From assembly GCA_016868035.1 (NCBI GenBank), contig VGID01000001.1:64289-128288 (forward strand): DNA of 64,000 nt, given 5' to 3'. The position numbers were made by a program, and so were the translations under genes. The notes beneath the pieces are model-generated. The model ran no database searches. It saw only the letters and a program-made list of their open reading frames with translations, and was not told the origin of the DNA. The DNA is from Betaproteobacteria bacterium. Its GTDB lineage: Bacteria > Pseudomonadota > Gammaproteobacteria > Burkholderiales > SG8-41. Shown piece after piece: positions 57,681 to 64,000 of this stretch (within the stretch, counting starts at the first letter, position 1; every line of letters begins with the position of its first letter).

Positions 57681-58598
57681 TCAGCTTGGCAACCGCAGGA
57701 ATTGCGCCGGGTTCACAGGCGCTCCGCGCCTCCTGACTTCGAAGTGCAGATGAGTCCCCGTCGCCCGGCCGGTCCTCCCAACCTCCGCGATCTTGGCGCC
57801 GCGGAGCACCACGTCGCCGACCTTGACTAGCCGCTTGGATGCGTGCGCGTATCGGGAAACGAGTTCGTTGCCGTGATCGATCTCGATCATATTACCATAC
57901 TGCGCATGGAACTCGGAGTAGACGACGACGCCGCCGGCCGCAGCGAGGATCGGCGTGCCCTGTTCGGCGATCACGTCGATGCCCTCGTGAAACGCCCGCT
58001 GGCCGGTGAACGGGTCGATGCGCCATCCATAGTTGGAGGAATACCATCCGCCTTCCACCGGCAGCATGGTGGGGATCAGTTTCTTGCGCGCGCTGTCGAG
58101 CGTGAACAGCGACTCGAGGATGCCGAGCTTGTCGCCGCGATCGTCCATCCTGCGCGTGAGCAGCTCGAGCTGGCGCGTGAAGTCGCCGAGCGAAAGATCG
58201 TATGAAGGCAGGTTCGAGACCGCCCCGCCGCGTCCCGGAGCCTCGCCGAAGAGCAGGTCCTGCGGCTTGAATCCGGCAAGCTTGGCGAGCCGCTCGCCAA
58301 GGGTGTCCAGCCGCATCAGCTGCGCCTGCATCTGGCCGAGGCTTACCGCCATCGCATTGAGGTTCTCGCGCAGGTAAGACTCTTGCTTCTCGTCCCGCTG
58401 TTGCTGGGCGGAGAGAAGGACGGAGCGCACGTAGGGATGATCGCCATCGGCGGCAAAGCGCAGCGTCGCGTAATGCAACGCCACGGCCAGCGCCACCACC
58501 GCGCCCGCCATCCCGAGCATCAGCAATGCGAGATGCGGCAGGCCCAGGGTGATCGTGCGGGCTTTCGCCAGCTTTTCGGAAACTAGAATAATATTCAT
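57681..58598 (-). CDS. M23-family metallopeptidase (membrane-anchored, LytM domain)
   Basis: ORF 57681..58631. ATG 58598 preceded by GGGGAG. HEGIDV and THLHFEVR zinc motifs. Confidence 0.88.
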   Translation of the reverse strand: MNIILVSEKLAKARTITLGLPHLALLMLGMAGAVVALAVALHYATLRFAADGDHPYVRSVLLSAQQQRDEKQESYLRENLNAMAVSLGQMQAQLMRLDTLGERLAKLAGFKPQDLLFGEAPGRGGAVSNLPSYDLSLGDFTRQLELLTRRMDDRGDKLGILESLFTLDSARKKLIPTMLPVEGGWYSSNYGWRIDPFTGQRAFHEGIDVIAEQGTPILAAAGGVVVYSEFHAQYGNMIEIDHGNELVSRYAHASKRLVKVGDVVLRGAKIAEVGRTGRATGTHLHFEVRRRGAPVNPAQFLRLPS

Positions 58599-58619
58599 GT
58601 TCACGCTCCCCGCACCCGC

Positions 58620-59075
58620 ATGCCTGCGCACAAACTAGGCGATCTGCTCGCCAGCTCGGGCGCGCTTCGCGCGCTCTCGCGCGAGGCGCGGCACTTGGCT
58701 CGATTGCAACAGGTGCTGTTTGAAGCCGTTCCTCCCCCGCTCACAACGGCGACCCGGGTCAAGAGTCTCCGGGCAGGAACGCTAATCCTAATTACCGATC
58801 ATGCGGCCGCGGCTGCCAAGCTGCGGCAACTCGCACCGCGTTTGTTATTGCACGTGCAAAAACGGCACACGGAGGTTACTGGAATTAGAATTGAAGTGCA
58901 AGTTCAGACGCAACAAAAATCCGCGCGCGCCGCGCCCGGAAAATCCTGGCTACCCATTGATGCAATTGAACATTTTCGGGCCCTTGCGGAACGTGTGCAG
59001 GATTCCCCACTGCGCTCGGCTCTGACCCGTTTGGTGCGGCGCAACAAGGGAAACCGGAAATCCGGCACACCTTAG
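58620..59075 (+). CDS. DUF721 / DciA-like protein
   Basis: ORF track, 151 aa. LGDLLASSGALRALSREARHLARLQQVLFEAVPPPL and GTLILITDHAAAAAKLRQLAPRLL resemble the DUF721 family. Divergent from the M23 gene, with starts 21 bp apart. Confidence 0.68.
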   Translation: MPAHKLGDLLASSGALRALSREARHLARLQQVLFEAVPPPLTTATRVKSLRAGTLILITDHAAAAAKLRQLAPRLLLHVQKRHTEVTGIRIEVQVQTQQKSARAAPGKSWLPIDAIEHFRALAERVQDSPLRSALTRLVRRNKGNRKSGTP

Positions 59076-59076
59076 C

Positions 59077-59262
59077 TTAGATCACCAGCACCAGGCGCTC
59101 GAGCAGATAGAACACGGCAAAGAGCACCAGGAAGACGAACGCAAACTGGAGGATCCGCCACGCGAACGTGAGATAGCGGCGGTCGCGGGTGAAGAAATAG
59201 ATCGCGAGCGAGCCCGCGATGGACACCAGCACCAGGAGCCCGACCAGCCTGAGAACCAGCAT
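59077..59262 (-). CDS. small two-TM membrane protein (hypothetical)
   Basis: ORF track, 61 aa. MLVLRLVGLLVLVSIAGSLAIYFFTRDRRYLTFAWRILQFAFVFLVLFAVFYLL. Weak SD. Confidence 0.4.
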   Translation of the reverse strand: MLVLRLVGLLVLVSIAGSLAIYFFTRDRRYLTFAWRILQFAFVFLVLFAVFYLLERLVLVI

Positions 59263-59264
59263 TC

Positions 59265-59362
59265 GCCGTTCCGCGTTACGGGTTCAAGGTTCAAGGTTCA
59301 AGGCAGGCAACCAGAACGTCGACCTTGAACTTGGAACCTGGAACGTTCAACCCGGAACCCGG
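59265..59362. repeat. palindromic heptamer array, GGTTCAA type
   Basis: CCGTTCC GCGTTAC GGGTTCA AGGTTCA AGGTTCA AGGC, loop, then ACCTTGA ACTTGGA ACCTGGA ACGTTCA ACCCGGA ACCCGGG. Lies between the lpxC stop and the small membrane ORF. Confidence 0.9.
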
Positions 59363-59380
59363 GCGCTGAAGGCGCGCCGG

Positions 59381-60292
59381 TTAGGCCAGCTGCGGCTGCC
59401 AGGTCAGGAAAGCCGGGGCGTCCTCGATCCGCTCGAAGCTCGCGTATTCCCAGGCTTGCTCGTCCTCGAGCAGGCGCCGCAGCAGATGATTGTTCAGCGC
59501 GTGGCCCGATTTGTGTCCGTGGAACGCGCCGATCAGCGGGTGCCCCAGCAGGTAGAGATCGCCGATCGCGTCGAGGACCTTGTGCTTGACGAACTCGTCC
59601 TGGTAGCGCAGCCCGTCGTTGTTGAGCACGCGGTACTCGTCCATCACGATCGCGTTGTCGAGGCTCCCGCCGAGCGCCAGTCCCTGGGCACGCATCGATT
59701 CGACATCCTGCATGAATCCGAACGTGCGCGCGCGGCTCACTTCCTTGATGTACGAGGTGGTCGAGAAGTCCACGCACACCGACTGGCGCGCCTTTTCGAA
59801 CACGGGGTGATCAAAGTCGATGCTCATCGTGAGCTTGAAGCCGTCGTGCGGCTCGAAGCGCACCCATTTGTCGCCATCGGCCGCCTCGACCGGCTTCACG
59901 ATGCGGATGAAGCGCTTGGGCGCGCCCTGTTCCTCGATGCCCGCCGACTGGAGCAGGAACACGAAAGGCCCCGCGCTGCCATCCATGATGGGCACCTCGG
60001 GGGCGGTGAGATCCACGTACGCGTTGTCTATGCCCAGGCCGGCGAAGGCCGACATGAGATGCTCGACGGTCGAGATGCGCGCGCCATCGCGCTCCAGGCA
60101 CGAGGAGAGCCGTGTGTCGCTCACGGCGTACGGGTTGGCCTTGACCTCGACCGGCTGCGCGAGATCGGTACGGCGAAACACGATGCCCGAGTTGGGCGCC
60201 GCGGGACGTAGCGTGAGGTAGACCTTAACTCCGGTGTGCAGACCCACGCCGGTGGCGCGGATCATGTTTTTCAGCGTGCGCTGCTTGATCAA
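59381..60292 (-). CDS. lpxC: UDP-3-O-acyl-N-acetylglucosamine deacetylase
   Basis: ORF track, 303 aa. (TTG)[28 protein letters not shown] before the TTG start. Confidence 0.96.
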   Translation of the reverse strand: MIKQRTLKNMIRATGVGLHTGVKVYLTLRPAAPNSGIVFRRTDLAQPVEVKANPYAVSDTRLSSCLERDGARISTVEHLMSAFAGLGIDNAYVDLTAPEVPIMDGSAGPFVFLLQSAGIEEQGAPKRFIRIVKPVEAADGDKWVRFEPHDGFKLTMSIDFDHPVFEKARQSVCVDFSTTSYIKEVSRARTFGFMQDVESMRAQGLALGGSLDNAIVMDEYRVLNNDGLRYQDEFVKHKVLDAIGDLYLLGHPLIGAFHGHKSGHALNNHLLRRLLEDEQAWEYASFERIEDAPAFLTWQPQLA

Positions 60293-60520
60293 CGAAAACT
60301 CCCTGATTTTTCATGTCCTTAAGGCGCGAAGTCTACCACGCCCCGGTATTGCGGCGCAAAAAAATTGTAACGAAGCGTTATTCGCACGGCTCGTTCCCGG
60401 CATACGGCATTTCGCTTTCAGCGATCAGCGGCTGGTGGAGCTGCCGGCGAACGGCGATCGGCCCCTCCGCGGCAAAGCCGCGTGCGGCGGGTCTGTTCGC
60501 TGGCGGCTGCCGGCTGACCG

Positions 60521-61684
<1,164 letters not shown>

Positions 61685-61762
61685 CGAGTACCTCCTTTTC
61701 CTGGTCAACGATCAAAAACGAAAAAAACGAGTGCCCTTCCGTCCACGATGTGTCCGCCGTCC

Positions 61763-63001
61763 CTAGAAATTGCCGGTGAACCACGATTTCATCCTCTCGA
61801 CCGTCTGCTGGACCGGCCCGGCCTGCAGGCGCGCGAGCTCCTTCTGCCGGTGCTGCTGCGTGCCCGCCATGAGCAGTCCGACCCCGGTGGAGTAGCGCGG
61901 GTGGCGCACGTACTCCGAAAGCGCGCCGTTGTAGCTCGAATGCCCGACTCGCACCGGCATGTGCAGGATCTCCTCGCCCAGCTCGACCATGCCGCGCATG
62001 ACGCTCGAGCCGCCGGTGATCACCACGCCCGAAGAGAGCAGCTCCTCGTAGCCACTGCGGCGCAACTCGGCCTGCACCAGCGAGTAGAGCTCCTCCACGC
62101 GCGGCTCGATCACCTCCGCCAGCGTCTTGCGCGAGAGCTGCCGCGTCCCGCGGTCACCGAGCCCCGGCACGTCCACCATCTCCTGCGGATCGGCGAGCTG
62201 CGAGAGCGAGCACCCGTAGCGCTCCTTGATGTCCTCCGCGTCCTTGGTGGGCGTCCTCAACGCCATCGCGATGTCGTTGGTGATCTGGTCGCCCGCGATG
62301 GGGATGACGGCGGTATGCCGGATCGCGCCGTGCGTGAAGACCACGACGTCGGTCGTCCCGCCCCCGACGTCCACCAGCGCCACGCCCAGGTCCTTCTCGT
62401 CTTCCGAGATGACGGCCATGGCGGAGGCGAGCGGCTGCAGCACGAGGTCGCGCACCTCCAGCCCGCAGCGGCGCACGCACTTGACGATGTTCTGCGCGGC
62501 CGAGACGGCCCCGGTCACGATGTGCACCTTGACCTCGAGGCGCACACCGCTCATGCCGAGCGGCTCGCGCACGTCCTCCTGGCCGTCGATGATGAATTCC
62601 TGGTTGAGGATGTGCAGCACCTGCTGGTCGTTCGGAATCTGCACCGCCTTGGCCGTGTCGATCGCGCGCTCGATATCGGTCTGCACGACCTCCTTGTCCT
62701 TGATCGCCACCATGCCCTGGGAGTTGAAGCTCCTGATGTGGCTGCCGGCGATCCCCGTGTAGACTTCGCGGATCTTGCAGTCGGCCATCAACTCCGCTTC
62801 CTCCAGCGCGCGCTGGATCGAGTTGACCGTCGTGTCGATGTTCACGACCACGCCCTTTTTCAGCCCGCGCGAGGGGTGGCTGCCCATGCCGATGATCTCG
62901 AAGCCTCCCTCGGGCTTGATCTCCGCGACGATGGCGGCGATCTTGGAAGTCCCGATGTCGAGACCCACCATCAGTTTCTTGCTGTCTCTGGCCTTGGCCA
63001 T
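61763..63001 (-). CDS. ftsA: cell division protein FtsA
   Basis: C-terminal 412 codons of ORF 61763..63238, from ATG 63001. LMVGLDIGTSKIAAIV, VDVGGGTTD. Confidence 0.96.
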   Translation of the reverse strand: MAKARDSKKLMVGLDIGTSKIAAIVAEIKPEGGFEIIGMGSHPSRGLKKGVVVNIDTTVNSIQRALEEAELMADCKIREVYTGIAGSHIRSFNSQGMVAIKDKEVVQTDIERAIDTAKAVQIPNDQQVLHILNQEFIIDGQEDVREPLGMSGVRLEVKVHIVTGAVSAAQNIVKCVRRCGLEVRDLVLQPLASAMAVISEDEKDLGVALVDVGGGTTDVVVFTHGAIRHTAVIPIAGDQITNDIAMALRTPTKDAEDIKERYGCSLSQLADPQEMVDVPGLGDRGTRQLSRKTLAEVIEPRVEELYSLVQAELRRSGYEELLSSGVVITGGSSVMRGMVELGEEILHMPVRVGHSSYNGALSEYVRHPRYSTGVGLLMAGTQQHRQKELARLQAGPVQQTVERMKSWFTGNF

Positions 63002-63018
63002 GTCCCCGTTCCCGGCTC

Positions 63019-63759
63019 CTATCCCGCGCGCCGCGCCGCCGGCGGCCCGCTTTTCTTGTCGCGCAGTTCCGGAATGCGCACGGCGAAACCGTTCGCGTAG
63101 CGCAGGTCCACGTACTCGAGGCGCCGCTCGAGGCGCGCGAGCGTGCGCTCGTAGACCGCGACGAAGCGCGCGAGACGTGCCTCCATCTGCTCGCGCCCGA
63201 GCTCGATCGTGAGCCCGCTCGCGAGCTTCAGCTGCCACGCGCGGCGAGGCGTGATGCTCAGCTGCACCGGTGTCTCGCCGATCGGCACGAGGCTGCGGCG
63301 GAAGTACTCGAACTGGATCGCGATTTCCTTGGCAGTGCCCGCAGGCCCGATGAACAGCGGCAGCTCGCCCCCGTAGCTCGCCTTGAACACTTCACCATGG
63401 GTGTTCACGAGCGCCACGTCGGCCCAGCGCGCGAGCGGCCGGTGTTCCTCGAACCGGATCTCGAGCCGGTCGGGCCAGTGGCGCCGCACCTCGGCCCGCC
63501 GCACCCAGGGCAGCGTCTGAAACGCAGTGCGCGTTGCGGCGAGGTCGAGCGTGAAGAAGTTGCCCTTGAGCTCGCGCCTAGCAACGGACTCGATCTGCTC
63601 GCGGGTGACATGCGTGAGCTCGCCGTCCACATGCACTTCCTTCAGCGGGAAAGCCGGCGAGTGGATCACGAGCAGGATCGCGGCATAGAGCGCGAGCAGC
63701 GCCGCCGCACCGTAAAGCGCGTTCGCGATGGCGTTCAGCGTGTCCGGTCTATCCCACAT
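63019..63759 (-). CDS. ftsQ: cell division protein FtsQ
   Basis: ORF track, 246 aa. N-terminal TM helix, POTRA-like region. Position ddl-ftsQ-ftsA-ftsZ. Confidence 0.9.
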   Translation of the reverse strand: MWDRPDTLNAIANALYGAAALLALYAAILLVIHSPAFPLKEVHVDGELTHVTREQIESVARRELKGNFFTLDLAATRTAFQTLPWVRRAEVRRHWPDRLEIRFEEHRPLARWADVALVNTHGEVFKASYGGELPLFIGPAGTAKEIAIQFEYFRRSLVPIGETPVQLSITPRRAWQLKLASGLTIELGREQMEARLARFVAVYERTLARLERRLEYVDLRYANGFAVRIPELRDKKSGPPAARRAG

Positions 63760-63773
63760 GGCTACGCCCGCTC

Positions 63774-63800
63774 CGGGTTTCGAGTTCCGGGTTCCGGCTC
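63774..63800. repeat. heptamer run, CCGGGTT type, in the ddl-ftsQ spacer
   Basis: CCGGGTT TCGAGTT CCGGGTT CCGGCTC. Confidence 0.7.
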
Positions 63801-63815
63801 ATCGGTCGAACCCGC

Positions 63816-64000
<185 letters not shown>

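Overview
GC-rich chromosomal segment with betaproteobacterial gene order, judged by synteny only with no database search. About 66 protein genes are supported. No rRNA, tRNA, CRISPR, transposase, integrase or phage genes were seen. Left third (1-20 kb): periplasmic and metabolic genes, including a TauD-like dioxygenase, lytic transglycosylase, lactonase, amidohydrolases, MmgE/PrpD, RidA, SodC, a rhomboid protease and Bug/TTT solute-binding proteins. Middle (about 17-35 kb): one long minus-strand run of catabolic genes. It holds two acyl-CoA dehydrogenases, an Ldh2/ComC-like dehydrogenase, a split Sdh/Frd-like flavoprotein with Fe-S and two membrane subunits, a two-subunit Fe-S hydro-lyase, a Cys-type sulfatase, a ComA-like protein, a TPP enzyme, a SuyAB-like SAF + UxaA pair and three more Bug proteins. 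Right half: housekeeping genes, namely rpsP-rimM-trmD-rplS, ffh, pilC-pilD-coaE-zapD-yacG, a Nudix-ThiE fusion, argJ, secA, lpxC, ftsZ-ftsA-ftsQ and the ddl 3' end. Main hunt results follow. (1) A peroxiredoxin is split in the ORF track by a single in-frame TGA exactly at the peroxidatic Cys position, followed by hairpins, so it is a probable selenoprotein. (2) Most intergenic spacers are built from short tandem arrays of period 7 (some 8 or 10). These are often inverted pairs, use different unit sequences at different loci, and sometimes carry the stop codon, SD or start codon of flanking genes. (3) A 160-bp MITE-like element occurs in two inverted copies (135/160 identical), one in the secA leader, with shorter decamer-hairpin relatives elsewhere. 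(4) The catabolic run is a candidate organosulfonate or hydroxy-dicarboxylate island. (5) A TetR unit has two copies of a 14-bp palindromic operator. All calls come from reading the sequence and motif recall only.
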